Counted from the first letter of the stretch, positions 51,686 to 61,877 are shown. The stretch is 64,000 nucleotides of DNA from Vulcanimicrobiota bacterium (GCA_963786105.1 CAWAXX010000013.1:77529-141528), one strand, 5' to 3'. Program-made: numbers and translations. Notes: a model not told the origin generated them from the letters alone.

Positions 51686-53064
51686 CCCAACAACACTCCG
51701 ACGCGCTGGTCTTTTTCGGGGCGACCGGCGACCTCGCGTACAAGAAAATCTTTCCGGCGCTGCAGGCGATGGTCGAGCACGGGACGCTCGACGTGCCGGT
51801 GATCGGCGTCGCCAAGGCGGGCTGGAATATCGACCAGCTCAAAGTCCGGGCGCGCGACAGCATCGAAGCGCACGGGGGCATCGATACCGACGCATTCAAC
51901 AAGTTATGTTCGTTGCTGAAGTATGTTGACGGAGACTACGCCGATCCGGCAACGTTCGCGCAACTCAAAACCCAGCTCGGCGACGCGAAGCGTCCCGCGC
52001 ACTACCTGGCGATTCCGCCGCTGATGTTCGAGACGGTCATCGAGCAACTGGCAAAGTCTGGTTGCGACGTCGACGCGCGGGTCATCGTGGAAAAGCCCTT
52101 CGGCGAAGACCTGAAATCTGCGCAGCACCTTAACGGCGTCCTGCACCGTTATTTCGACGAGTCGGCGATCTTTCGCATCGATCACTTCTTGGAGAAGCGG
52201 CCGGTTCGCAACATGATCTTCTTCCGGTTTTCCAACCCGCTGCTCGAGTCGTTCTGGAATCGCGAGTTCGTCGAGAGCGTGCAGATCACGATGGCCGAGG
52301 ACTTCGGCGTTCAAGGGCGCGGCATTTTCTACGACAAGACCGGTACGATTCGCGACGTTATCCAGAACCATCTCTTCCAAGTCCTTTGCAACGTGGCGAT
52401 GGAGCCGGCATCCCGCAACGATAGCGAGTCCGTCCGCAACGAGAAGGTGCAGGTGCTCCAAGCGATCGCCTCGCTCGACCCTAAGGACGTGGTGCGCGGT
52501 CAGTTCGACGGGTATCTCAAAGAAAAAGGGGTGGCCGCCGACTCGAAAACGGAAACGTTTGCGGCCGTGCGTCTGTTCATCAACACGTTCCGCTGGAACG
52601 GCGTGCCGTTTTACATTCGTGCGGGCAAAGATCTGCCGGTTGAGGCGCTCGAAATCGTGCTGCGCCTACGAAAGCCGCCGCAAATCTTTCCCATCGCTCC
52701 GACGTCCGACTACGTGCGCTTCCGCCTTAGCCCGGACACGACGCTGGCGATCGGGATGACCGTCCTGTCGGACGCAGAGGACGCGGCCGTACCGGTCGAA
52801 CTGATGGCGAGCCGTCAAAACTCGGCTGAAGACGAAGATGCCTACGAGCGAGTACTCGGCGACGCAATGGCCGGCGATCAGGCAATGTTCGCACGGCAGG
52901 ATTACGTCGAAGAAGCGTGGCGTATCGTCGATCCGATCCTCGACGACGTAACGCCGGTGTACCAATACGAAGCCGGCACGTGGGGGCCGAAAGAGGTCGA
53001 CCGCGTCACCCCGCCCGGCGGCTGGGTAAATCCGACGGTCGAGAAACAAGCAGTGTCATCCTGA
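51682..53064 (+). CDS. zwf: Glucose-6-phosphate 1-dehydrogenase
   Basis: [45 protein letters not shown]. Confidence 0.93.
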   Translation: MTQQHSDALVFFGATGDLAYKKIFPALQAMVEHGTLDVPVIGVAKAGWNIDQLKVRARDSIEAHGGIDTDAFNKLCSLLKYVDGDYADPATFAQLKTQLGDAKRPAHYLAIPPLMFETVIEQLAKSGCDVDARVIVEKPFGEDLKSAQHLNGVLHRYFDESAIFRIDHFLEKRPVRNMIFFRFSNPLLESFWNREFVESVQITMAEDFGVQGRGIFYDKTGTIRDVIQNHLFQVLCNVAMEPASRNDSESVRNEKVQVLQAIASLDPKDVVRGQFDGYLKEKGVAADSKTETFAAVRLFINTFRWNGVPFYIRAGKDLPVEALEIVLRLRKPPQIFPIAPTSDYVRFRLSPDTTLAIGMTVLSDAEDAAVPVELMASRQNSAEDEDAYERVLGDAMAGDQAMFARQDYVEEAWRIVDPILDDVTPVYQYEAGTWGPKEVDRVTPPGGWVNPTVEKQAVSS

Positions 53065-53118
53065 GCGGAGCTGCTTGTCATCCTGAGCGGAGGCGCGCAG
53101 CGCCGCAGTCGAAGGACG
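53054..53118 (+). repeat. Tandem partial + full REP-like element supplying the zwf stop codon
   Basis: TGTCATCCTGAGCGGAGCTGCT followed by a full copy at 53076-53118. Confidence 0.85.
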
Positions 53119-53234
53119 CGCGAGTTAGGATTGATGCTCGAGAAGCAGCAACTAACGTTAACAGCTGTACAGCGCCTTCGCCCTTCGCGGGTTTACTGCT
53201 GCTCGCGTCTCAATCAACCGATGTCGGCGATCCA

Positions 53235-53801
53235 CTAACCCGGCAATCGAAGAAAGAGCACGACCACATAGATCAACGTCATCACCATTGCTTGTCCGGT
53301 GATCCATTCTTGAATTCGGCGCGATTTCGAAAGGTATGCGGCGGCAATCATTACTTCGAAGAACAACAGAAATCCAAAATTGATCGGCGACGCGATGTGG
53401 CCGGTCCTTGTAAACTCTTCCGCGAGGCTCGCAGCTGGCACGAAGAATAGCACCGCGAAAAACCAAGCGCGATTGTGGAAATACCACTCGCCGAGGTCGA
53501 GTTTTCCATTCTCCTCGCGTTCCGGCAGCACGAGTGCGGAGAGCAAGAAGAGCAAGACCGGGACGAGTAGCTCCAACCAAAATGTCCCGAAGTTCCATTC
53601 GCGGGTGTGGCGTACGCTCCACTGCGCCCACCAGTGCTGCACCGCGACAAAAAAGAGCCAAATCGCCCACGCCAGCGGGGGCCAGTAGAAGTCAACGCGC
53701 TCGCGCGCAGTAATTACCACCGAAAGGCGCGTTAGGACGTTGGCGATCGCTAACCCGATCACGATCGAAACGAGGACGGTCAGATAATCAAACGGGCTCA
53801 T
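53235..53801 (-). CDS. Hypothetical membrane protein
   Basis: MSPFDYLTVLVSIVIGLAI..., about 6 hydrophobic helices, YFHNRAWFF. Confidence 0.8.
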   Translation of the reverse strand: MSPFDYLTVLVSIVIGLAIANVLTRLSVVITARERVDFYWPPLAWAIWLFFVAVQHWWAQWSVRHTREWNFGTFWLELLVPVLLFLLSALVLPEREENGKLDLGEWYFHNRAWFFAVLFFVPAASLAEEFTRTGHIASPINFGFLLFFEVMIAAAYLSKSRRIQEWITGQAMVMTLIYVVVLFLRLPG

Positions 53802-54134
53802 CTGTTCGCGATTGGCAGGTCCAGCGGCGGCGATGGGTAGCTGTCAACCACGCTTCCGCACGCCACCTTTGTATATCTCGTTCATTCGCACTACGGCGTC
53901 GTTGTACGCTCGGCGCGCGGCCTCATCTTCCGGAGTATCGATCTAGGCCACCTATCGCCAGTCTAATGTCGCCGGCAGGTTGAAACAAGCGCCTAACCCG
54001 GTCCGACTTCGTGCGCGGGTGAAGATGAAGCCGAACCCGTCAGAGGACGGCGCACGTCCCCTTTTAGGATGCCTGTCCGGCGGCATCAAGGCCCAGCGCA
54101 GGTAGGCCGCCAGACCGTTCAAGAAGGCTCAGAA

Positions 54135-54494
54135 GTGCGATACCTATCGCTCCATAACGTCTGGTTCAACGTCACCGTCGTGTTGGCAGTCTCGGCGGCG
54201 AATCGGTACGCGATCGGACATCATCAACGGTGGGGCGACTGGCTGGCAACGGCACTGTTCGGATTTTACGCGGTCTATTGTGCGCAGAACTTTCTGCGAT
54301 GCCGCGAGGTGCATTGCGCTATTACGGCTCCCGGATTCCTGGTCGCGGCTGTGCTTATGGTGCTTCGGCTAACTGGTGCGGGACACTACGACTACGGGTT
54401 GCCGTGGCTGGTCTTTGTCGGGAGCGCGGTCGTGGGCTTCTGCATCGAATGGATTTACGAAGCTCGCACGCGTAGCAGCCTCCTAAAGCACTAG
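54135..54494 (+). CDS. Small membrane protein with Cys/His motif
   Basis: About 4 hydrophobic segments and CAQNFLRCREVHCAIT. GTG start at 54135 is tentative. Confidence 0.6.
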   Translation: MRYLSLHNVWFNVTVVLAVSAANRYAIGHHQRWGDWLATALFGFYAVYCAQNFLRCREVHCAITAPGFLVAAVLMVLRLTGAGHYDYGLPWLVFVGSAVVGFCIEWIYEARTRSSLLKH

Positions 54495-54545
54495 TTCCTT
54501 AGACGTACCGCGCAATCGCCGCTTGCGCAGCACGGTCTTGCGGTT

Positions 54546-55100
54546 CTATGCGGCTTTCAGTTTTAATCCCAGTGACGACCAGGCTATTCCGGCGAATATG
54601 AAGTTCAGTCCAACGGCGAATCCGATGAACCAAAACGCGGAAACGGGCCACTGCATCCAGAGCAGGACGCCCAAAATAAAGGTGACGGCTCCGCTGGCGG
54701 CCACCCAGCCGTACTGCGGGAATTGCAGCCATAGTGCGGAGATAAAGCGGAAAACGCCGCCAAAAACAAAGACCGCTGCCAGCAAAAGCGTGATGGTCAG
54801 CGCGCCCGCGACGGGATGCTGCAGCAACATCAGGCCGACGATAATCTCAAGGGCGCCGGTAAGCAGCAACAAGATTACGTGGCCGGCGCCGCGTGCCATA
54901 AAAGCGCCGACGAGCTGGGCGACGCCGGCAATAACGAGGACGGCTCCCAGCGCAACCACGGATGCGAGTGTTGCGAAGGTTTCGGCCCAGAGGGCGTAGA
55001 TCCCAAGGAGAATCAGGGCGACCCCAAGGGCTAGGTACCAACCCCAGAGTCTGTGGGCTTCATTGATGGACCCGGCCACGTCCGCAGCGATTTGCCTCAT
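54546..55100 (-). CDS. HdeD/DUF308 family membrane protein
   Basis: SD GGGAG, WGWYLALGVALILLG, two DUF308-like repeats, WPVSAFWFIG. Confidence 0.88.
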   Translation of the reverse strand: MRQIAADVAGSINEAHRLWGWYLALGVALILLGIYALWAETFATLASVVALGAVLVIAGVAQLVGAFMARGAGHVILLLLTGALEIIVGLMLLQHPVAGALTITLLLAAVFVFGGVFRFISALWLQFPQYGWVAASGAVTFILGVLLWMQWPVSAFWFIGFAVGLNFIFAGIAWSSLGLKLKAA

Positions 55101-55195
55101 AACGTTACTCCCCTGAGAAAAGGCTAAGATCCCTCTTATGCTAACGCTTGCCTGCCGTTGAATCAAGGGGCCTGGCACACGTCGCTTCCCGTTGG

Positions 55196-57670
55196 CTAAC
55201 TGGAGGTTGGCGATGGACGCCTTGGGTAGTCCGTCCCCGGCTGCGGGGGGAGGCCCGCTCGCAATAAGTTGACTATGAAATAGTCGCGCATGCGGCGTCG
55301 AAGATACGTGGCATACGTCGGAAAGGTCGCATACGTCGTAAAATGCGCCGCGTTTGGCGAAAAGATGAGATCGAAATCCTTGTTCGCTTTCATCAACGCA
55401 TCGGCAAACTGCAGCGTCGAAGCCGCGAAGACATTTTCATCGAGCTCGCCGACGAGCATCAGAAGATGTCCCTTGAGCTTGGAGGCGTCCAACGCACTGT
55501 CGAGCGGCGCATAACTCTTCGGGACCTCGTTAGGCTTTGGTCGAATCGTCGTTCCGTCGCTGTAGAGCGGCACGCCGATCCACGGTTCGGTGCCTGCATA
55601 GATCGAATGCTGTCCGCCCGCTGGGTCGGCCGCGACAGCGACCTTGAAGAAATCTGGAAACTCCAGCATCGCGCGCGTCGCCGCTTCGCCGCCGAACGAC
55701 CAGCCGACGATTCCGACCCGATCGATGTCGATGTACGGATATCGAGCATGAAGTTGCCTGATCGCCGAAACGTGATCTTCGATCCCCATCGTATTCCATC
55801 GGCCGTAGCTATAATCGAGGAAGGCCTTCGACCGGTTTGGCGTGCCGCGTGCGTCGATCCCGACAACGACGAACCCCAGCGCCGTTAGCGACGCCGGATT
55901 GAGTTGCGACGGCGGTCCGAAGATCGCCGACATGAAGTCGCGCGGCGTAGTGGCGTATAGCGGGCTCGTGTATTCACTGTCGATCACCGGATAACGCTTT
56001 AGGGGATCTACGTGCTCCGGCTCGTAGAGAACGCCCCACAAATCCGTCGCGCCGTCGTCCGCTTTAACATGAAACTCTCGCGGAGGCCGATAGTCGGCCG
56101 CAAGCAGCGCCGAGGGGTCGGCCTTTTCGACTGTTGCGACCAGGGAGCCGTCCGACGTGCGGCGCACGACGGTCTGCGGAGGGCGTGAAGGTGTCGAGTA
56201 CGTGTAGACGGCGTACTTTCCGCTCGGCGAAATAACTTGGTAGATCTTCGCCTCTTCAAACGGATAGAAATGGAAGCCGGCGCCGACGATCAAATGGTCG
56301 GCCGCCTCGGGTGAAAGCAGCGTGAGGCCGCTACCGTCGAAGTTCACGCGATACAGATAGCGATAGTATGGATTTCCGGGCTCACGGCCGCTTATGGTAA
56401 GGTAGACGACTCGCTTGCTCTCGTCGACGTGCACCATGTCGCGCACAACCCAGTTACCGGACGTGATCGGGTTCTTCAGCCGGCCGCTCGCCGTGTCGTA
56501 GAGGTAGAGATGTCCCCACCCGTTGCGCTGCGAGAACCATATGAACTCTTTCCCGTTCTTCATGACGTAGACGTTGGGTGGATTGTAGTACGCGGTATTG
56601 AGGTCGGCGCGCGGCGCGAGATGTTCCCTAAAAACGACACGCACCGCCTGCGTGCCGGGCGAAATCTCCAGGAGGGCCGCGGTCGCGAGGTAATCCGACG
56701 TCGCGATGACGTAGCGTTTTCCGTCCGCAGTCCACGCCGGCTTCCACAACTCGCTGACGTTCATACCCTCTGGAATGTCGACGCGTTCTTTCGCACCGGT
56801 CGCGACTTCAATGGCGAAATATGCCAAGGTCGGATCCTTCTCGCCCAACAGCGGAATACGGTCGAGATGCAAAATCGGCCGAAAACTGCCGTCGCCGGGA
56901 ACCGTTTCGACGAACGGGTACTGCCCGACGTGCCGTTGGTCGACGCGGGTGACGAGAATCGTCAGCGAGTCGGGCGACCACTCGATGCCGAAGGGTGGTG
57001 GCGCATATCCGAGCGCAGCGTATTTTTCGCGCGCGATCGCGTCACCACCCGGATGAACGCCGTAACCGTAGTCGGGGCCTTCACCATCGGCCGTGAGCTG
57101 CTTTTCGGTCGAAGCGTGAACGTCTCGCACCCAAAGATTCCCGTCGCGAACCAAGGCGACGAATTGGCCGTTGGGCGAACGAACGACGTCGGTGGCCGCC
57201 TTCGCCGCCGGCTCTTCGGAGCAGGTTGCGTCCTGGCAAACGTACGTTTTTGTGCCAACGGCAAACGCGAACGTCTGCGAGCCATTCGCTTGGACGAGCG
57301 CTACCAAGTTCAGATCGCCAGGTGGGAGGGGCGTGCCCGCAGCCTTCGCAAGCGATTCCGCCATTTCTTTCGCATCGAATGCCGGGCGCCTTTTACCCGT
57401 CGCTGCATCGACGATGACGTACTCGTGACCGCCGCTTTGCGCGTCGCGCTTGTACCAAAACTCGTCGGTCTCGCCGAGCCAATGTGGAACGACGAAGGCG
57501 TTTTTCACGAGACTCACCAAAGCTGCGCTATCGGAGAGCTGCTCCGAGCGGGCGTAGGCCTTCGCATCCATGACGGGCTGCATCGCGGGGGCACTCCTTC
57601 CGGTCATCCAAGCAGTTGCGGCGATCGCGCAAGCAAAGCGACGCAAAAACGCAGACGCACGCCCCTTCAT
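55196..57670 (-). CDS. S9B dipeptidyl peptidase IV-like secreted peptidase
   Basis: SD AGGAG, signal-like N terminus, propeller motifs (WSPDS, GWGHLY), GWSFGG nucleophile, DENV, NAAH. Confidence 0.9.
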   Translation of the reverse strand: MKGRASAFLRRFACAIAATAWMTGRSAPAMQPVMDAKAYARSEQLSDSAALVSLVKNAFVVPHWLGETDEFWYKRDAQSGGHEYVIVDAATGKRRPAFDAKEMAESLAKAAGTPLPPGDLNLVALVQANGSQTFAFAVGTKTYVCQDATCSEEPAAKAATDVVRSPNGQFVALVRDGNLWVRDVHASTEKQLTADGEGPDYGYGVHPGGDAIAREKYAALGYAPPPFGIEWSPDSLTILVTRVDQRHVGQYPFVETVPGDGSFRPILHLDRIPLLGEKDPTLAYFAIEVATGAKERVDIPEGMNVSELWKPAWTADGKRYVIATSDYLATAALLEISPGTQAVRVVFREHLAPRADLNTAYYNPPNVYVMKNGKEFIWFSQRNGWGHLYLYDTASGRLKNPITSGNWVVRDMVHVDESKRVVYLTISGREPGNPYYRYLYRVNFDGSGLTLLSPEAADHLIVGAGFHFYPFEEAKIYQVISPSGKYAVYTYSTPSRPPQTVVRRTSDGSLVATVEKADPSALLAADYRPPREFHVKADDGATDLWGVLYEPEHVDPLKRYPVIDSEYTSPLYATTPRDFMSAIFGPPSQLNPASLTALGFVVVGIDARGTPNRSKAFLDYSYGRWNTMGIEDHVSAIRQLHARYPYIDIDRVGIVGWSFGGEAATRAMLEFPDFFKVAVAADPAGGQHSIYAGTEPWIGVPLYSDGTTIRPKPNEVPKSYAPLDSALDASKLKGHLLMLVGELDENVFAASTLQFADALMKANKDFDLIFSPNAAHFTTYATFPTYATYLRRRMRDYFIVNLLRAGLPPQPGTDYPRRPSPTSS

Positions 57671-57677
57671 GGTACTC

Positions 57678-58922
57678 CTACAAGCCGAACCGTTTGGGCG
57701 AGATTGATGCCGGCTCGACTCTGTCGCCGAGGATCGTATCCGCGACGAGTCTCGCGGTGACGGGCGCGAGCGTGATGCCCAGCGGACCGTGTCCCGCGGC
57801 AAAGGCGAGCCCGGCGAGTCTCGACGACCGGCCGACGATCGGCAAACCGTCGGGCGTGAGCGGCCGAAACCCGGCCCAGGCCGGAGTCTCGGAAACGATC
57901 GCGACGCCGTCGAGATACTCGGCATATGCAGTTCGAATCAGATCGACCCGTTCGGCGGCGACGGTCCTATCGAAGCCGTGAAAGTCGAGTCCGGTCGTAG
58001 CGCGCACCATGCCGTTCATCGGTGTCGCCGAGACGTGGCGTTCCGAGAAGAGCATCGACGTTCGGGGCAGATGGGCGAGCGTAAAGTCGACGCTGTACCC
58101 CTTCGCCGGAAGAATTGGTACCTGCAGCCCAACCGATCGCGCGACGTCGGCGCTCCACGCGCCGGCGGCCACGACGACGTAATCGGAAGCGACGACTTCG
58201 CTCGCGGTCCGAACGCCGCAAACGCTGCTTCCCTTGCGTTCGATGCTCGATACCTGCTCTTTCCGTACCGTCACGCCCGCTGCGCGGGCGCGATCGGCGA
58301 TGTAGCTTACGTACTGCAACGGTTGGAGGCTCGCATCGCCGGGATACCAAAGCGCGCCGGCAATCGACGGCGAGAGCGTCGGCTCTTTTGCCCGTGCCTC
58401 TGAAGCCGTCAACGTCTGCGAAGCGATGCCTACGCTCGCGAGTTCGCGCGCGAGTGCAACGCTCTCTTGCAGGCATGCGTCGGTGCGCGCGACGTAGAGC
58501 GTTCCGTTTGTCTCGTACGCAACCGACGGCGGCGCGCCTGAGAGGAGCGTGCCGTACAGCTCGAGGCTCTCCTGCGTCAACGAAGCCAGCGTTTCGAGTC
58601 CTCGGCGTGACGCAGTCTTGCGTCCTGCCGCCGCAAAACGCGCGATCCATCGCAAAGTATTGAATGATGGCGGGAGCTTAACCTCGACGGCCGAACGCGC
58701 GCCGAAGATCGAACGCACGCCTTCTCGCAGGTTCGCAAACGAAGCGAGCGGCGTACTGTAGCTCGGAACGAGAAGGCCGGCGTTCCCGTACGACGCGCCG
58801 TGGCCCAAAGCATCCATCTCGAAAAGACTGACGCTGACTCCGCGCAGGCCTAGTTCGTACGCGGCTGTGACGCCGATCGCACCCCCGCCGACGATTGCGA
58901 CGCGCAACGCCGTCAGCGCCAC
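57678..58922 (-). CDS. FAD-dependent D-amino acid dehydrogenase (DadA-like)
   Basis: GGGAIG, GASYGNAG, AAGAWS, KGYS, WAGFRPLTPDGLPIVG, GHG.LGITL. Confidence 0.88.
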   Translation of the reverse strand: MALTALRVAIVGGGAIGVTAAYELGLRGVSVSLFEMDALGHGASYGNAGLLVPSYSTPLASFANLREGVRSIFGARSAVEVKLPPSFNTLRWIARFAAAGRKTASRRGLETLASLTQESLELYGTLLSGAPPSVAYETNGTLYVARTDACLQESVALARELASVGIASQTLTASEARAKEPTLSPSIAGALWYPGDASLQPLQYVSYIADRARAAGVTVRKEQVSSIERKGSSVCGVRTASEVVASDYVVVAAGAWSADVARSVGLQVPILPAKGYSVDFTLAHLPRTSMLFSERHVSATPMNGMVRATTGLDFHGFDRTVAAERVDLIRTAYAEYLDGVAIVSETPAWAGFRPLTPDGLPIVGRSSRLAGLAFAAGHGPLGITLAPVTARLVADTILGDRVEPASISPKRFGL

Positions 58923-59932
58923 ACCTCTCGAGCGACCCGGAGGAAGTTTTCGCCGAGGATTCCTCGCACGTCGGCATCGGAATATCCCGTATGCAGCAAT
59001 TGCTCCACAATCTCGACCAGACCTTCGGGTGGAAAGTACTGCCAGGGCGGCGTCGGGTAACCGTTGGGGTACATGAGGTCTCGGTTCGCACGATACACGG
59101 ACTGCATGTGCGCGTCGTCGATTACGAAATCGAGTCCGAGCGCCACGTATTGCGGCCCGATCGTCTCGGCGACGTGGTCGATGTGGCGCACGACGGCTTC
59201 GCTCGTCGCGTGCCCATCGGCGTCTAGCATGAACCCGATGCCGTTGATGCCGATCACGCCGCCCGTGCGGGCCAAGGCTCGGATTTGGTCGTCGCGGATG
59301 TTGCGCTCGTGATCGACCAGAGCGCGCGCATCGGAATGTGAGAAAATACAGGGTTTCGCCGAGACCTCCATCGCCTCCATCGTCGTGCGATAGCCGCTGT
59401 GCGAGCAGTCGACCAACATGCCTACACGATTCATTTCAGCAATCAACGCCAAACCGTACCGGCTCAGTCCCCCGTCCGTGCGCTCGTGGCAGCCGTCGCC
59501 CACAAGATTTTTCTGATTGTACGCCAGAAGCGCATGCCGTACGCCCAAATCGTAGTAGGCCTGAACCATCTCGAGGCGTCCTTGAAACGGATTGGTCCCT
59601 TGAAAATGGAACCCAAGGGCCAAACGGCCGCTGTGCTTGGCCGCTTCGATGTCGGCCGTGCTGCGGACGACCGCGTAACGCTCGGAACGCTCGATCGCCT
59701 GTGCAAGCGATCTCAGATACGGTACCGTATCGCGTATCCAGTTAATGTCGTCGGCGACGGTAAGCGAGACGAACGTGAAACCCGACGCCTGGTAGCGTTC
59801 CCAGATGCCCGACCGCGCCTGCTGCGGTAAATCTTCCTCCCATGGAAGGGTGAGATCGCAGATGATGCTCTCAGCGAGAAGTTGCTTCGCGCTAACGGCC
59901 GCGTCGTTGTCGGAAAGGGGCGCGCCCTTCAT
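58913..59932 (-). CDS. Membrane dipeptidase family (M19) protein
   Basis: YN..N..GDGCHE, GLS.YG...EMNRVGMLVDCSH, SHS, RNI.DDQI, GGVIG, GLDF, LGENFLRV. Confidence 0.88.
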   Translation of the reverse strand: MKGAPLSDNDAAVSAKQLLAESIICDLTLPWEEDLPQQARSGIWERYQASGFTFVSLTVADDINWIRDTVPYLRSLAQAIERSERYAVVRSTADIEAAKHSGRLALGFHFQGTNPFQGRLEMVQAYYDLGVRHALLAYNQKNLVGDGCHERTDGGLSRYGLALIAEMNRVGMLVDCSHSGYRTTMEAMEVSAKPCIFSHSDARALVDHERNIRDDQIRALARTGGVIGINGIGFMLDADGHATSEAVVRHIDHVAETIGPQYVALGLDFVIDDAHMQSVYRANRDLMYPNGYPTPPWQYFPPEGLVEIVEQLLHTGYSDADVRGILGENFLRVAREVWR

Positions 59933-60894
59933 GCGATGACCGCGCCGTCGACGGCGGCGACTCGCTGGGCGATCGCCCAGTCCTGCGCCGCTATTCCGAT
60001 CGACTTGAAAAGGGTTATGCCGCCTCCCTTTGCGACCGTACTTTTACGCAGCAGCTCCCCGATGAGCGGCACGCGCTCGCGCGCGATCCGGTTCGCCGCG
60101 ATCGCTTCCGCGAGTTCGCCTGCATCCGAGAGCGCCGCAAGTTCGTCGACACAGACGAGTCTCGCCGCACCCACGACGTCGGAGCCGAACTCGCGCATCG
60201 CCGGGCTGAACGAACCAACGGCGTTGATGTGCACGTTGGGCAGGATGTCGTTGAGGGAGAAGAGCGGCGACCGCGCGGTCGTCGCCGTGCAAATCACGTC
60301 GGCACCCCGGATCGCCTCGACGACGCTCTCGACGCCCTCGATCGTTGCCTGCGGGAACTCGGGTGCCAGCGTACGCGCCAAGGCTCGCGCTTTGGCGGCA
60401 TCGCGACCGGCGATCGCTATTCGGCGGATCTGCCGTACGGCGCAGACCGCGCGAACTTGGTCGGGCGCGATCGCGCCCGTCCCCAAAACCGCGAGCGAGC
60501 CGGCATCGGGTGCCGCCAGAAGATCGGTTGCGACCCCACTGGCGGCTCCCGTTCGCAGCGCGGTGACCGCCGCACCGTCGATGCTGACTTGCGGCCTACC
60601 CGTACCGCCATCGAACCAAAGTACGACCCCCTGCACCATTGCACGCCCGTGTTCCGGATTTTCTTCGCGATACGTGACTATCTTAACCGCTTGACCGCAA
60701 CGCCCGTCCTCTTGCGGCTCGCGTTCGGCGATCATGACGAACAGCGTCTGGCTCGGTGCGGCGATACGTGGAATCGGGGCGAAGGCGCTTTCGGCGTAGG
60801 CCGCGTAGGCCTCTCGCACCGCGGCGATCGCGTCCTTCATCGGCACGAGCCGGCGAAGTTCTTCTGCGCTCACGACGCGCATTACGGCTTCCAC
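59929..60894 (-). CDS. Ornithine cyclodeaminase/mu-crystallin family protein
   Basis: VKIV, TALRTGAASGVAT, GTGAIA, ADVICTAT, HINAVGS, LFKSIG.A.QD. Confidence 0.9.
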   Translation of the reverse strand: MEAVMRVVSAEELRRLVPMKDAIAAVREAYAAYAESAFAPIPRIAAPSQTLFVMIAEREPQEDGRCGQAVKIVTYREENPEHGRAMVQGVVLWFDGGTGRPQVSIDGAAVTALRTGAASGVATDLLAAPDAGSLAVLGTGAIAPDQVRAVCAVRQIRRIAIAGRDAAKARALARTLAPEFPQATIEGVESVVEAIRGADVICTATTARSPLFSLNDILPNVHINAVGSFSPAMREFGSDVVGAARLVCVDELAALSDAGELAEAIAANRIARERVPLIGELLRKSTVAKGGGITLFKSIGIAAQDWAIAQRVAAVDGAVIA

Positions 60895-61877
60895 ACCGCA
60901 CGGGCGACGCGAAGAAAGTTCTCACCCAGCACTCCGCGCACGTCCGATTCGGAGTACCCACGCAGGAGCAGCCCGTCAACGAGCTCGATGGTCCGTTCCG
61001 GCGGCCAGTACTGCCAAGGCGGCGGCGGATAACCCTTTGGAAACATGAGTTCCTTATTGTCACGATAGACTTGCATCATGAGATCGTCGAAGTACACGAA
61101 ATCCAAACCGAGCGCGACGTGCTCGATACCGATAAGGTTCGCGATGTGATCGATGTGGCGGCAGATCGTTTCGGTTGTGGCTTGCAAGTCGGCGCTCATA
61201 AAGAAGCCGATGCCGTTGACGCCAATCACTCCGCCCGTTCGGCCCAGAGCGCAAATCTGCTCGTCGTTGATGTTCCGCTCGTGATCGTTGAGGGCGCGCG
61301 CCAGCGAGTGCGAGAAGATGCACGGTGCCGTCGACGCCTCCATGGCGTCCATCGTCGTGCGGTATCCGCTGTGCGTGCAATCGACAAGCATCCCCACGCG
61401 GTTCATCTCGGCGACGAGCGATAGGCCGAACCGGCTTAGCCCTTCGTCGGTGCGTTCGTGGCAACCGTCGCCGACGAGGTTTCGCTGGTTGTAGGCCATA
61501 AGCGCGTGTCGAACGCCGAGGTCGTAGTAGACCTGCACCATCTCCAGGCTGCCTTGAAACGGATTGGTGCCTTGGAAGTTCAATCCAATTGCGAGCTTCC
61601 CATCGCGTTTAGCGGCCTCGATGTCGGCAACGGTTCTGACGAAGGCGAGCTTCGTGGCTTCCTTTGCGATCGTGGCACGAACCGCGGCGATGGTACGAAT
61701 CGTCTCGTCGATCCAGCTTGAATCGGTGGCCATCGTTAAGGAAACGAAATCGAATCCTGCGTCGGCGAACCGTGCCAGCACGCCGTCTTGGGTTGGATTC
61801 GGCGCTCCCCACGGCAGCGTGAGGTCGCAGACCAGAGCCTCGTTTAGAACGGTGCGAGCGCGGACGGATATCTGCAT
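60882..61877 (-). CDS. Membrane dipeptidase family (M19) protein, paralog of 58913..59932
   Basis: Same motifs as 58913..59932. Start could be 61877 or 61928. Confidence 0.88.
   Translation of the reverse strand: MQISVRARTVLNEALVCDLTLPWGAPNPTQDGVLARFADAGFDFVSLTMATDSSWIDETIRTIAAVRATIAKEATKLAFVRTVADIEAAKRDGKLAIGLNFQGTNPFQGSLEMVQVYYDLGVRHALMAYNQRNLVGDGCHERTDEGLSRFGLSLVAEMNRVGMLVDCTHSGYRTTMDAMEASTAPCIFSHSLARALNDHERNINDEQICALGRTGGVIGVNGIGFFMSADLQATTETICRHIDHIANLIGIEHVALGLDFVYFDDLMMQVYRDNKELMFPKGYPPPPWQYWPPERTIELVDGLLLRGYSESDVRGVLGENFLRVARAVWKP

Noticed and set aside
56429..57760. Long antisense ORFs (also 2787..4217, 9521..10465, 49353..50384)
   Set aside because: Shadow frames of well-supported genes, as expected in high-GC DNA.
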